Notes: generated by a model from the letters alone, not told the origin. 64,000 nt of DNA from an uncultured Bacteroidota bacterium (GCA_963764235.1 CAVXRO010000006.1:702884-766883), one strand, 5' to 3'. Shown: positions 8,953 to 19,692, counted from the first letter of the stretch. Made by a program: numbers and translations.

Positions 8953-11760
8953 ATGAGATTAACTCTACAATCTGCGATTTCTATTTTTCTGTTCTTTTTT
9001 ACAGCCAATGCCTTATTTGCTCAGACAGGAAAAATTGCAGGTAAGGTTACAGATGCTTCAACGGGGGAGGCACTTCCGTTTGTTAATGTTATAATTGTAG
9101 GAACCGCTACCGGTGCCGCCACCGACGTTGATGGGAATTACTTCATCATCAACCTTTCTCCCGGGACTTACTCCGTTAAAGCTTCTGCGATAGGGTATAA
9201 TTCTGTTCAGGTTACCGATGTGAGTGTTGCTTCGGGTTTTACTGCGACGGTGGATTTCAACCTCAAGCCTACTTCCGTTGAACTTAATGAGGAAGTAGTG
9301 GTTGTTGCTGAAAGACCATTAATCAGGAAAGATATTACAGCATCAACTTCGGTTATCGGTGATGAGATGATATCCCAGCTGCCTGTTACCGAAGTGAGAG
9401 ATATTCTGCAGCTGCAGGCCGGTATTGTAACCTCTGGCAATGATCTTCATTTGAGAGGGGGCAGGACCGGACAAATAGCATTCCAGGTGGATGGTGTTCC
9501 GATGACTGACGCCTATGACGGAAGCACCGTGGTTAATGTTAACGCCGATGCTGTAAAGGAGCTTCAGGTAATCTCGGGAGCTTTTAATGCGGAATACGGA
9601 CAGGCAATGTCAGGGATTGTTAATATTGTTACCAAAGACGGAAGCAATGAATTTAACGGAAATATAATTACTTATGCCGGCGACTATTGGTCTGATAAAA
9701 CGAATAAATTTTGGAACATAAATTCTTTTAGTCCTACCTCCATTCGCGATGTTGAAGGAAGTTTCAGTGGTCCGGTAGTAAAAGATAATCTTTTCTTTTA
9801 CCTGAACGGAAGGTATTACTACAATACGGGTTATTTATACGGAAAAAGGACTTTCCTTACTACAGATAGGGCAATTGAGGTACCAGGATCGGGCGGTAAG
9901 GATTATTTTGTACAGCAGAACGGGAATAATGAATTTGTTTCTATGAACCCCGATCAGAGAATTTACGGTCAGGGTAAATTAACCTACAGGCTATTCCAGG
10001 GGATGAAACTTAATTTGAACTATATTATTGATAAGGAAGAGTATCAGGATTATAACCACAGTAATAAACTTACTCCTGATAATAACCTGCACAGGTTCAG
10101 GAACGGTATATCAAATATTTTTTCAATAAACCATGCAATATCTGCTTCGAGTTTTTATATTCTGAACCTTTCATATTTCTTCAAAGACTATCAGCATTAC
10201 CTTTATAAAGATATTTACACAGGGGATTCTCAGCACCCAACACAATACGTCGATAATGCAATTCATCAGACACCTCCTTACAGCTTCAATGTCGGCGGTA
10301 CAGATTACAGCAGGTTTTACAGGAGCACAGGAACTTATGATGCAAAACTCGACTGGACAACCCAGCTGAACCAGGAAATAAACATACAGTTTGGCGGTGA
10401 TTTCAAACAGCATCAGATATTTATGCATGAAATTACCCTGACCCCGATTTACGATAACGGTATACAAACCGTTAATATTCCTGAAAACACTACTAATCTT
10501 AATAATCAGTATTTGCACAAGCCGCAGGAAATATCAGGTTATGTACAGTCAAAGCTTGAAGCATTTAATCTGATATTTAATATAGGTGCAAGGATCGATG
10601 TATTTAACCCTGACGGTGTCGTTCTGAACGATCCTTCTGATCCGAATGTTAATAACCCTCTTAGACCTGCTAACCAGTTTTTCGATTATAATGGTAACGG
10701 TGTTCAGGATGAAGGCGAACCGTCAAAAACGGTAGCACAGAGATTGGCAAGGAATGCTTCAGGAAAACAACCCTGGTACAAAGAAGCTTCGATTAAATAC
10801 CAGGTGAGTCCCAGGATCGGACTGGCTTTCCCTATAACTGATAAAGGTGTGATTCACTTTTCGTACGGTCATTTCCTCCAGCTTCCGAATTATGAATACC
10901 TTTACACAAACCCAGAATTTGAACTTGGTGTTGGTTCGGGCAACCAGGGTATAATCGGTAACGCAGACCTTAAACCTCAGAAAACCGTTAAAGGTGAGAT
11001 CGGTCTTCAACAGCAGATTGGTGATGATATAGCTGTTGATTTTACCGTTTTCTTTGAGGACTTCAGAGATCTTACCGGTACACAGACAGATGAAATTCTC
11101 GTGTTCGGAAGAGGTGCAAGCTACAGCCGGTATGCCAACTCCGACTTTGGTTTCTCTAAAGGTTTTATTGTAAAATTCCAGAAAAGATTTTCCGGCGGTT
11201 TAGCTACAAGTCTTGATTATACCTATTCCATCACCAAAGGTAATGCATCGAACCCGGCAGACGCAAGAAATGCTGTAGCAGGCGGGGCACTTCCTGAAAC
11301 GTTTATTGCTCCGTTGGACTGGAACCAGACCCATACACTTAACGTCTCTGTTGCATATAGCCTGGAGAGAGATTGGGGATTTTCACTTATCGGTAATTTT
11401 TATACCGGCCAACCCTACACTCCGCAGGTTAACAAAAATACTCTTGTTACTCAGAACGCATTTCCGAGAAACAGTGAGATCAAGCCTTCAATCTTTAACG
11501 TCGATTTAAGATTGTACAAGGATTTCCCGTTCGGTCCTACAACCCTGTCCGTATTTCTCAAGGTGTTTAATCTCCTTGACCTCGATAATCCCCGTACAGT
11601 TTACGGGAATTCAGGAGATCCGGTATTTACCTTTGATGAACTGGATGCTGAGAGAATCAATCCGGTTTTGTATTACAATACACTGGATGAATTGTATACA
11701 AACCCGGGATTCTTTTCTCAGCCGAGACATGTAGAATTTGGAATTTCTTACAATTTTTAA
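8953..11760 (+). CDS. TonB-dependent outer-membrane receptor with N-terminal carboxypeptidase-regulatory-like domain
   Basis: 935 aa. Signal peptide, then 'GKIAGKVTDASTGEALPFVNVIIVGTATGAATDVDGNYFIINLSPGTYSVKASAIGY' (CarbopepD_reg-like). Plug region 'LQLQAGIV...LHLRGGR', C-terminal barrel ending '...GISYNF'. Confidence 0.9.
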   Translation: MRLTLQSAISIFLFFFTANALFAQTGKIAGKVTDASTGEALPFVNVIIVGTATGAATDVDGNYFIINLSPGTYSVKASAIGYNSVQVTDVSVASGFTATVDFNLKPTSVELNEEVVVVAERPLIRKDITASTSVIGDEMISQLPVTEVRDILQLQAGIVTSGNDLHLRGGRTGQIAFQVDGVPMTDAYDGSTVVNVNADAVKELQVISGAFNAEYGQAMSGIVNIVTKDGSNEFNGNIITYAGDYWSDKTNKFWNINSFSPTSIRDVEGSFSGPVVKDNLFFYLNGRYYYNTGYLYGKRTFLTTDRAIEVPGSGGKDYFVQQNGNNEFVSMNPDQRIYGQGKLTYRLFQGMKLNLNYIIDKEEYQDYNHSNKLTPDNNLHRFRNGISNIFSINHAISASSFYILNLSYFFKDYQHYLYKDIYTGDSQHPTQYVDNAIHQTPPYSFNVGGTDYSRFYRSTGTYDAKLDWTTQLNQEINIQFGGDFKQHQIFMHEITLTPIYDNGIQTVNIPENTTNLNNQYLHKPQEISGYVQSKLEAFNLIFNIGARIDVFNPDGVVLNDPSDPNVNNPLRPANQFFDYNGNGVQDEGEPSKTVAQRLARNASGKQPWYKEASIKYQVSPRIGLAFPITDKGVIHFSYGHFLQLPNYEYLYTNPEFELGVGSGNQGIIGNADLKPQKTVKGEIGLQQQIGDDIAVDFTVFFEDFRDLTGTQTDEILVFGRGASYSRYANSDFGFSKGFIVKFQKRFSGGLATSLDYTYSITKGNASNPADARNAVAGGALPETFIAPLDWNQTHTLNVSVAYSLERDWGFSLIGNFYTGQPYTPQVNKNTLVTQNAFPRNSEIKPSIFNVDLRLYKDFPFGPTTLSVFLKVFNLLDLDNPRTVYGNSGDPVFTFDELDAERINPVLYYNTLDELYTNPGFFSQPRHVEFGISYNF

Positions 11761-11761
11761 A

Positions 11762-14700
11762 ATGAAGAAAGTTACTCAAATGCGAACCAAATTATTTTTA
11801 TTTACTCTAATGCTGGTTTTAAGCTCCAGTGCTTTCGCCCAGTACGGAGATCCCAGTTTATTGACAGTCGGTACTCATACTGGCAATCGTATCGGAATTT
11901 CATTCCATAATGACGGACAGATTGCTGGAATCCTGCCGGGCGTCGATATACGAGGAGAATGGCCTCTTGGATCTGGTGAGAATTATATAGGCGATCTTAT
12001 CCCCCTGATAGGCGTTGAATTCATCAATTTTCTTGGCGACACACTCCATTCCGTAATTATATCGCGCGGTCCCCGTAACAGGCAGTCAGAAGAAAGGAGT
12101 CCTGCAGACGGTCATTTCTGGGGCTGGAATCCTATACCCGGTTTCCGCAACCCGAATTATGAATCAGTTGCTATGAGCCATTTGCCTGATTCGTGGCCTA
12201 TCGAAGGTTGGAACGATCCGGTTGCTCATAATTGGTTTGATTCCCTTGGTCATACTCAATGGTTCGGATACTTCGGACGTGATATAAAGAATGCGGACCA
12301 GGAATCACTCTTTGATGCAGACGATCAGCGGGATGATCAATTTAACTTTAATGATTATGTGAATCCTGTAAATCCGATCTTTTTACCTGACAGCACTAAT
12401 CCTGTGCGTCATGGTATGGGATTGAGAATGAGAGTTAGAGGTTTCCAGTGGTCTAACTTCCTCGCAGAGGATGTTATTTTCTGGCTGTATGATATTCTCA
12501 ATGAAGGAACAACTATCTATAGAAAGGCAGATTTCGGAACCGTGGTTGGAACTCTTGCCGGAGGTGACGGTGACAGCCAGGATGACCTTGGATATTTTGA
12601 TGTGAATAACTGGATTACTTATTCCTGGGATAGTGACGGAATTGGAAATAAAGGACAAAAAGTAGGCTATGTGGGCTACGCGTTCCTTGAATCTCCCGGC
12701 AACCCCTTCGATGGTATCGATAATGATAATGACGATACGGACAGCGTAAAGAACTATACCCCGACCGCTCCCAGATTTTCTGCTGAAGATTTTGATTCTC
12801 TTACTTATGGTGTGGGTGATGTTGTTGTTCTTATTAACCCGGCAACCTATGCCAGGACTCTTCATACGATTAATTCCCTCCCGGATACAGTTAATTCTCT
12901 CGGCGTACAGTTCATCATTCAGGCAGGGAAATACTTTCACGAAGGCAATATAGCAAAAATAGTAAACGGTGTTTCTCTACCCGATACCACAGCTTTCGAT
13001 GGCATTGATAATGACCTGGATGGAATCATTGATGAGAACGAAGCCATTCACTATCTGACCCGGGTTAACAGCGGTCTGTTAGGACTGCGTTACATAAATT
13101 ATGTGACTGGCGAGGGATTGAACGATCTTCTGATCGATGAAAGAAGAGATAATAATATTGATGAAGACGGCGACTGGAATCCGCAGCGTGATGACGTTGG
13201 TATTGACGGTCTTGGTCCTAACGATAATAATTATCCAGGTCCTGACCAGGGAGAAGGCAACGGCGTGCCTGACCAGGGCGAGCCTAACTTCGGAAGAACC
13301 GACCCTGACGAATCAGATCAGATCGGTCTCACCGGCTTTAATTTCTTTAACCAGACTGCTTCGCCTGATATGTCTGATGATGAACTGCTCTGGGACAGGC
13401 TTACTCCCGGAAGGTTTGATGTGATACCGCCTACTCCGCAGGACGGCGACTTTATTTATTCATCAGGTTATTTCCCGTTAATCCCGAGCAATGGTGACCC
13501 CGACATTAAAGAGAGATTTTCTGTTGCACTTCTATTCGGTGAAAATTATTCTGATATAGTAAATAACAAACAGATAGTTCAGCAGATTTATAATGCTGGC
13601 TACAAGTTTCCCCAGCCGCCTCAGAAACCAACTATAATCCTAACACAGCAGGATGGAAAAGTTGTTATATATTGGGACGGTAAAGCGACAGAAAACGATA
13701 TCGATTTTATTTCCAAAGTTAAAGACTTTGAAGGTTATAAGATCTATAGATCTACGGATGCAAACTTTACTGATTCACGTGTAATTACTAACGGTCGAGG
13801 CATCCTTTCATTTGATGAACCTATAGCACAGTATGACAAAGTTGATTCAATAAGTGGATTCTTTTATCCGTCACCTAAACTTCTCCAGCAGGTTGGGGGA
13901 ACAACTTATTACCTTGGTGATAATACAGGTGTAGTAAACAAATTTGTTGATTCCAGCGTTGTGCTTGGACAGACATATTATTATGCAGTCTGTGCGTATG
14001 ACCGCGGAGATGAGACACAGGATATTTTCCCTACAGAAGATTCTAAATTCATAAGAAGGACGTCTACCGGGGAAATCATTCTCGATAAAAATACCGGCTA
14101 CATAACGCCTGGAAGAAGACCTGCAGGTTATGACCCTGCTGCGGTGCAGGATTATACAAAATCCGAAGGTTTCAAAGGAACAGGACAAATAAACATTGAA
14201 GTAGTTGATGACAAGAGCATACAAGCCGGAAATTCGTATAAAATTGCGTTTACTGATACAGGAGCAGCCGAAGCCACCGCGTACTGGAGTTTAATCAATC
14301 TTACCAAGAACGATACGATGATCAATCATTCATCTTTGTTTTTCGGCAACACTCCGATAATGGAGGGTTTCAGGGTTCAAATTCATAATGATAATGAGGT
14401 TAAGCTTGATACTTCTAAATCAGGACTTGTGGGAGGTAATTCTAATCCCGCAAGCATTACCTTCAATGTATTCAATATCCAGAATCAGCCTCCATATATA
14501 AATGGTGTTAAACTGCCTAATGATTACCAGATAGAATTTTTCCCCGACGTTGTGGGAAATTCTATAGCAGATACATTGTACCCACCGATTTCTTCAAATA
14601 TTATCACTTCCAAACCCGTGAACTTTAAAGTTAAAAACCTAACAAAAGACACTTATATTGATTTTGCCTACTATAAATCAGGTACTATCACAACCACCTA

Positions 14701-15223
14701 TAATATAATATTCAAAGAATTGGTTGGAGGGGGAGAGTACAGGCATACCTGGAGGGTCAATATAACTTATCTTGGCGGAAATAATGTCGCTCTTGAATCA
14801 AGCGGTGTAATTTCACTTTACACACTTAAACCTTTCGGAAGCTCTGATGAAGTCACATTTAAGATGAAAGGGGCAAACATCGATAATGCTGCTGCAAAAG
14901 ATCAGATGAATAAAATTAAAGTTGTCCCAAATCCTTACGTAGTTACACACGAAGCGGAGTCAAGACTGCTGAGCTCCCAGGTGAGCGGAAGAGGCGAAAG
15001 GGAGATAAGGTTTACATATATCCCGCCGGGAGCAACAATTTCCATTTATACTGTTCGCGGAGAGAAAATAAAAACGCTCAGACAGGATGATCTCTTTTTA
15101 GGAGATGTCTATTGGAATCTTCGTACTGAGGAAAATCTTGATGTAGCCTATGGAGTTTATGTGTTTGTTGTTGAAGCTCCGGGGATTGGCACTAAAATCG
15201 GCAAGTTTGCCCTTATTAAATAA
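11762..15223 (+). CDS. Large secreted protein with Asp-rich Ca-binding (thrombospondin-type-3-like) repeats and a divergent T9SS-like C-terminal domain
   Basis: ATG at 11762, 1 nt after the receptor stop. Signal peptide 'MKKVTQMRTKLFLFTLMLVLSSSAFAQ'. Repeats 'DGIDNDNDD', 'DGIDNDLDGIIDENE', 'DERRDNNIDEDGDWNPQRDDVGIDGLGPND'. C-terminus 'VVPNPYV...ATISIYTVRGEKIKTL...YGVYVFVVEAPG...KFALIK'. Confidence 0.75.
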   Translation: MKKVTQMRTKLFLFTLMLVLSSSAFAQYGDPSLLTVGTHTGNRIGISFHNDGQIAGILPGVDIRGEWPLGSGENYIGDLIPLIGVEFINFLGDTLHSVIISRGPRNRQSEERSPADGHFWGWNPIPGFRNPNYESVAMSHLPDSWPIEGWNDPVAHNWFDSLGHTQWFGYFGRDIKNADQESLFDADDQRDDQFNFNDYVNPVNPIFLPDSTNPVRHGMGLRMRVRGFQWSNFLAEDVIFWLYDILNEGTTIYRKADFGTVVGTLAGGDGDSQDDLGYFDVNNWITYSWDSDGIGNKGQKVGYVGYAFLESPGNPFDGIDNDNDDTDSVKNYTPTAPRFSAEDFDSLTYGVGDVVVLINPATYARTLHTINSLPDTVNSLGVQFIIQAGKYFHEGNIAKIVNGVSLPDTTAFDGIDNDLDGIIDENEAIHYLTRVNSGLLGLRYINYVTGEGLNDLLIDERRDNNIDEDGDWNPQRDDVGIDGLGPNDNNYPGPDQGEGNGVPDQGEPNFGRTDPDESDQIGLTGFNFFNQTASPDMSDDELLWDRLTPGRFDVIPPTPQDGDFIYSSGYFPLIPSNGDPDIKERFSVALLFGENYSDIVNNKQIVQQIYNAGYKFPQPPQKPTIILTQQDGKVVIYWDGKATENDIDFISKVKDFEGYKIYRSTDANFTDSRVITNGRGILSFDEPIAQYDKVDSISGFFYPSPKLLQQVGGTTYYLGDNTGVVNKFVDSSVVLGQTYYYAVCAYDRGDETQDIFPTEDSKFIRRTSTGEIILDKNTGYITPGRRPAGYDPAAVQDYTKSEGFKGTGQINIEVVDDKSIQAGNSYKIAFTDTGAAEATAYWSLINLTKNDTMINHSSLFFGNTPIMEGFRVQIHNDNEVKLDTSKSGLVGGNSNPASITFNVFNIQNQPPYINGVKLPNDYQIEFFPDVVGNSIADTLYPPISSNIITSKPVNFKVKNLTKDTYIDFAYYKSGTITTTYNIIFKELVGGGEYRHTWRVNITYLGGNNVALESSGVISLYTLKPFGSSDEVTFKMKGANIDNAAAKDQMNKIKVVPNPYVVTHEAESRLLSSQVSGRGEREIRFTYIPPGATISIYTVRGEKIKTLRQDDLFLGDVYWNLRTEENLDVAYGVYVFVVEAPGIGTKIGKFALIK

Positions 15224-15233
15224 CGGAGATAAT

Positions 15234-16235
15234 ATGAAAAAGTTTATTATAATTATTATAGTCTCTGCCGGGTTTATTATGGGGCAGACAAAAACCGGTT
15301 CAACAGCAGCCCCTTTCCTTAATATTGGTATTGGTCCGAGAGCAGTATCGATGGGGGGTGCTTTTGTGGCTACGGCAAATGATGTAACATCTCTTTACTG
15401 GAATCCTGCCGGCGCTTCAAGGGTCGGGAATAACAGTGCAATGTTCTCCTATGCTCAATGGTTTGCTGATATCAGTTATAACTGGGCAGGGGCTATGCTG
15501 TCAATGGGGGATGCAGGTACCGTGGGTCTCAGTGTTACATACCTGGATTATGGAAGCCTTGAAGTGACAACATTGAGAGAACCGGATGGAACAGGCGAAA
15601 CATTTAACCCGACTGATATGGCTATAGCTCTTACCTATGCTTACAACCTTACGGAACAGTTTTCAATCGGGGGGAATGTTAAGTATGTAAACCAGAAAAT
15701 ATGGAATAGCACTGCAAGTGCGGTAGCTGCAGACCTGGGTGTATTATTCCTTTCAGATATATACGGATTAAGGATTGGAGCCTCTATAGCTAACTTCGGA
15801 ACAGATATGACTATGGATGGAAAAGATCTTTATGTTCAACACGATATTAACGGACAAATATTCGGCAATAATGATCAGATTCTAGCAAAATTGGAAACTG
15901 AGGCATTTCCTCTTCCCCTCGTATTCAGAGTTGGAATTGCCATTGATCCCGTTTCTACCGAAGATCACAGGTTTACCATAGGGGTTGATGCAACTCATCC
16001 CAATGACAATAATGAATCTCTGAATATCGGAGGGGAGTATACGTTTATGAACCTTATTTCGCTCAGGGGAGGGTATAAAAACCTGCTGCTTGATAATTCG
16101 GAAGAGGGTTTAACCCTTGGATTTGGTCTAAAATACAACTTTGCACCCTCGCTTGGGGTGTTCATTGATTACGCGTATCAGGATTTCAAGAAGCTTAAAT
16201 ACACGCAGCAGTTTTCGTTAGGTGTGAACTTTTAA
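15234..16235 (+). CDS. PorV/PorQ-family outer-membrane beta-barrel protein
   Basis: ATG at 15234 with GGAG RBS. 'TGSTAAPFLNIGIGPRAVSMGGAFVATANDVTSLYWNPAGAS' matches the PorV/PorQ signature. Ends '...SLGVNF'. Confidence 0.8.
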   Translation: MKKFIIIIIVSAGFIMGQTKTGSTAAPFLNIGIGPRAVSMGGAFVATANDVTSLYWNPAGASRVGNNSAMFSYAQWFADISYNWAGAMLSMGDAGTVGLSVTYLDYGSLEVTTLREPDGTGETFNPTDMAIALTYAYNLTEQFSIGGNVKYVNQKIWNSTASAVAADLGVLFLSDIYGLRIGASIANFGTDMTMDGKDLYVQHDINGQIFGNNDQILAKLETEAFPLPLVFRVGIAIDPVSTEDHRFTIGVDATHPNDNNESLNIGGEYTFMNLISLRGGYKNLLLDNSEEGLTLGFGLKYNFAPSLGVFIDYAYQDFKKLKYTQQFSLGVNF

Positions 16236-16294
16236 CATGTTTATTAGATAAAAAATAATTATTATTGGTTCGTTCATTAAAAAGGAGATCGTAA

Positions 16295-17734
16295 ATGAGA
16301 AAAATATTATACGTTTTATTTGCATTATTTATTGCAAATATGGCTTATGCTCAGACTGTGGAATTCCAGGTCGATATGAGCATAAAAACACTTAAAGGTA
16401 CTTTCAATCCCGCTTCAGATACAATGAATATTGCGGGAACATTCAACAACTGGACAGTTGGTGCCACACAAATGGCTGGACCAAATGCCGATACAGTTTA
16501 TACTGTTACTATTGATACATTCGCAGTTGGCGATCAAATTGCATTCAAATTTGTTATTAATAGCACCGGATGGGAAAATGCGATTTCAGACAGACAGTAT
16601 ACTGTCCCTGCTGGTAACAGCGTCTACTTCGCTTATTTCGATAATGATAGCATATTCGTTCCCCTTGACCCGAAAGAAATTTCCTTGACTTTCCAGTGTA
16701 ATATGGAATTTGAAGCAGCTTCCGGACGATTTGATCCATCTTTGGATACTGTAACTGCAAGAGGAACTATGAATGGCTGGGGTTCAGATGATATGATGAC
16801 TCCTGGTTTAGATCCAAATCTTTTCGAAGCCACAATCATGGATACCTTGACTGTTGGTGACAATGTAAATTACAAATACGTTTATGTACATAATGGTGTG
16901 GTTAACTGGGAATCAGGCAGCGATAGGATATATACAATTACCCAGCAAGATTATGATCTTGGTTTTGTGAGCCTTACCAGAACATTTAATGACCTAACCC
17001 TCGCAACAATTACAAATGCTCCATGCACCGTTACCTTTGTTACTTATATGGAAGGAGCAGTTGATGCTAATACAGGTCTTCCTTTCCCGTCAATAGACAA
17101 TGTAGCACTTTGTGGAGCTAATCCGCCGCTGCATTGGCCAAGTTCAGGATGGCCGACCTCGGACAGTACATTAGTCTTTTTTATGTATGACGATGGAACT
17201 CATGGAGATGAAACTGCTGGTGACAACTACTGGTCATATGCCCTTGAGTTTCCGATTTATTCAGCCCTGGATATCGAATATAAACACGGTGGAAACTGGG
17301 GTGAAACACTCTTAAATGATAACGAAGGCGGTGTAGGAACAAATCATCACATCGTTCTCGATCCTCATACCGTGGCAGCTATGGTGGTTGATACATTTGG
17401 TGTTGACATCGGCTACCATCAACTGGCAGATGAAACCCTTGGAATAAAAGAGATCTCTTCTAATGTTCCTGATAATTACAGTCTGTCACAGAACTATCCG
17501 AATCCATTTAACCCGACAACAATGATCCGATTCAGTCTGAAGGAACAGGGAAATGTGTCGCTGAAGGTTTATAATGTTATCGGTCAGCTGGTTACTACAT
17601 TAGTTAACGAGCAGAAGCCAGCCGGAACTTTTGAGTATAATTTTGATGCTTCTAACCTATCAAGCGGCATCTACTTCTATACAATTAAAGCCGGTGATTT
17701 CTCAGCTACAAGGAAAATGATCCTGATGAAGTAA
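16295..17734 (+). CDS. Secreted protein with three CBM20/48-like carbohydrate-binding-type repeats and a T9SS C-terminal sorting domain
   Basis: 479 aa. Repeats of the type 'MNIAGTFNNWTVG...KFVINSTGWEN' and 'ARGTMNGWGSDD...YKYVYVHNGVVNWES'. C-terminus 'QNYPNPFNPTTMIRFSLKEQGNVSLKVYNVIGQLV...GIYFYTIKAGDFSATRKMILMK'. Confidence 0.8.
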   Translation: MRKILYVLFALFIANMAYAQTVEFQVDMSIKTLKGTFNPASDTMNIAGTFNNWTVGATQMAGPNADTVYTVTIDTFAVGDQIAFKFVINSTGWENAISDRQYTVPAGNSVYFAYFDNDSIFVPLDPKEISLTFQCNMEFEAASGRFDPSLDTVTARGTMNGWGSDDMMTPGLDPNLFEATIMDTLTVGDNVNYKYVYVHNGVVNWESGSDRIYTITQQDYDLGFVSLTRTFNDLTLATITNAPCTVTFVTYMEGAVDANTGLPFPSIDNVALCGANPPLHWPSSGWPTSDSTLVFFMYDDGTHGDETAGDNYWSYALEFPIYSALDIEYKHGGNWGETLLNDNEGGVGTNHHIVLDPHTVAAMVVDTFGVDIGYHQLADETLGIKEISSNVPDNYSLSQNYPNPFNPTTMIRFSLKEQGNVSLKVYNVIGQLVTTLVNEQKPAGTFEYNFDASNLSSGIYFYTIKAGDFSATRKMILMK

Positions 17735-17750
17735 TTCAGGGATGAATGTT

Positions 17751-17783
17751 AAAAAAGCCGGACTGAATAAGCCCGGCTTTTTT
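17751..17783. terminator. Bidirectional Rho-independent terminator between convergent genes
   Basis: 'aaaaaagccgg' (17751..17761) pairs perfectly with 'ccggctttttt' (17773..17783). A/T runs on both sides. Confidence 0.8.
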
Positions 17784-17800
17784 ATTTTAAACGTAAATAA

Positions 17801-19692
17801 TCATCGATTAATAATTGCAGTTAACTGCTGTTTTAACCCGGAGGCACCCGGAAACGACGGGTCTATCCGGAGGCATCTATTTATAGTTTCATATGCATTG
17901 CTAAAATCATTACTCATAGCATATGCGCCTGCCAGATTGAACAGAACCTGGGGATCATCTCCTTTATAATTCAGACTTTCATTAAGGAAATTTACCGCTT
18001 TATCCAGGTTTTTACGGGAAAGGTCTATTATTCCCAGCCATTTTGTACAGAATGCATCAGGTCTGTGCTTATATTCTTTTTGAAGGATCCTGAATGCAAG
18101 ATCATATTTTTTCTTTTCAATCAAGATTTCTGCAGGAGGTTTATAGTAATTATCAAATATCGGAAATTGATCAATCAGGTCGAGCATTTCATCAGTATAT
18201 GAATAGTAATTCGCATCCTTTAAATAGCGGGCAGCCATAATTCTATGAGCCTGTTCCCATGGAACCTGCGACTCAATTACCTTCATCGCGAGTGTGTCCA
18301 TGCCAGTCTTCATATCCAGCTGCCGCAGGACTAAACTCCTGGGTTTAGGTTCGGTAAAAGGCCAGTCATTTTTAAGCAGAATTATCCGGTACCTGCCGAT
18401 TGTTGAGTCAAGCGGTGTGAAGTGAAATTCATAATCAACCTTCTTATCAAGGTATATTACCCAAACCTGCTTGCCAGGAGGGAGTAATTGGTTCTTTGTC
18501 ATCGTTTCAAAATAAGCCTTTGCCATTAATTTGTAACCGTGCAATACAGGATGCAGGTGATCGGTCATAAGGCTGTTTCCGGTTATACTGTCGGGACTGT
18601 TCACCTCAAATACAGAATCCATTTTTACAACAGGGTATTTGTATTTATCCCCGAACGAATTAATAATTCTGTTGAATTCTTCCGGAGCTCTGAACCTTAA
18701 GGCGTCAAGGTCCTTTGCATACCTGAAGAGTGAATCTGCTCTTTTTATATTTCCTGATTTTAAGGTCTCCTCTGCGTCTTTATAAACTGCTTTAGCCGTC
18801 GGGAAACGGCTGCTTTTAACTGAAATGAATGGAGGCTGATCTTTAAGGTTGGAGGCAAGAGTACTTAGAATTACCGGCACTCCTGCTCTTTTAGTCATAT
18901 CAAGAACATCTTCAAGGTTCCCTCTGAATTGATCAACACCCTCCTGAAAATCTTCTGAATTATATTCTATCAGATGATCTTTAGCCATACGTGACATTAA
19001 AGTGCCTGATGATTTCTGCGGCGAAACAAACAAGCCTGAGGCCCATTTAAGGAAATTTCGTACAAGCTGGGTTATTTTGAAGTCATTAAGTTTCAAAACA
19101 AAATTTACGACTGAACGATTTGTCCCCAGGGATTCCATGGATCCCACACCCAGAGCCCCGTAATACTCATTATGTCCTGCATATATTATTATCAGATCCG
19201 GTTTCTGTCCGAGCACTCCAGGCATAAGATCTCTGATTGTATAACTATTTACGGCAGTAATTGCGAGATTAACTACTTCAATTTTATTCTCAGGGTAAAC
19301 TGATTCCAGGTATTTTTGAAGATATTTGCCGAAATCTCCATTTGGAGTAAAAGGGTAGCCTGCCGCGCTACTTCCTCCAAGAATAAATACCCTGAAAGCA
19401 TTCTTTTTCTTTTCAATGTCGAACACGTTGCCATTAGAATAGGGACATTTCTTGTAGAGTAGAAATAGCGGTGAGTAAAATCCGGGTTCAATACGTATTT
19501 AGTATCAGTGGCTTTTGTCCACTGGGTGAAGTCATACCCATAGTTAAATATCCTGAGTCCTGTTTCAAGCAGAACAAGTAAAATTATAGGAATTAAGATC
19601 AATACAAGGTAAAACCACTTTGGTGCCTTTACACGTTCTCTCTTTGTTTCAACAGCTGCTTTTTTGCTCTTTTTCGCCTTTTTCAATTCCAA
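17801..19692 (-). pseudogene. Membrane-anchored SGNH/GDSL-like hydrolase with C-terminal TPR repeats, split by a 1-nt frameshift near 19436..19447
   Basis: ORF 19273..19692 gives the TM anchor '...WFYLVLILIPIILLVLLETG...RYFYSTRNVP' and then runs out of frame. ORF 17801..19426 continues upstream of its GTG as '(P)YSNGNVFDIEKKKNAFRVFILGGSSAAGYPF', then 'IIIYAGHNEYYG' and 'DHLHP'. Confidence 0.75.

Noticed and set aside
12383-12940. Long antisense ORFs inside well-supported genes (also 10171..10518, 13871..14224, 58657..59187, 60575..61093, 26508..26858)
   Set aside because: They lie entirely within the opposite-strand CDS of recognisable proteins, and their translations have no motifs and odd composition.
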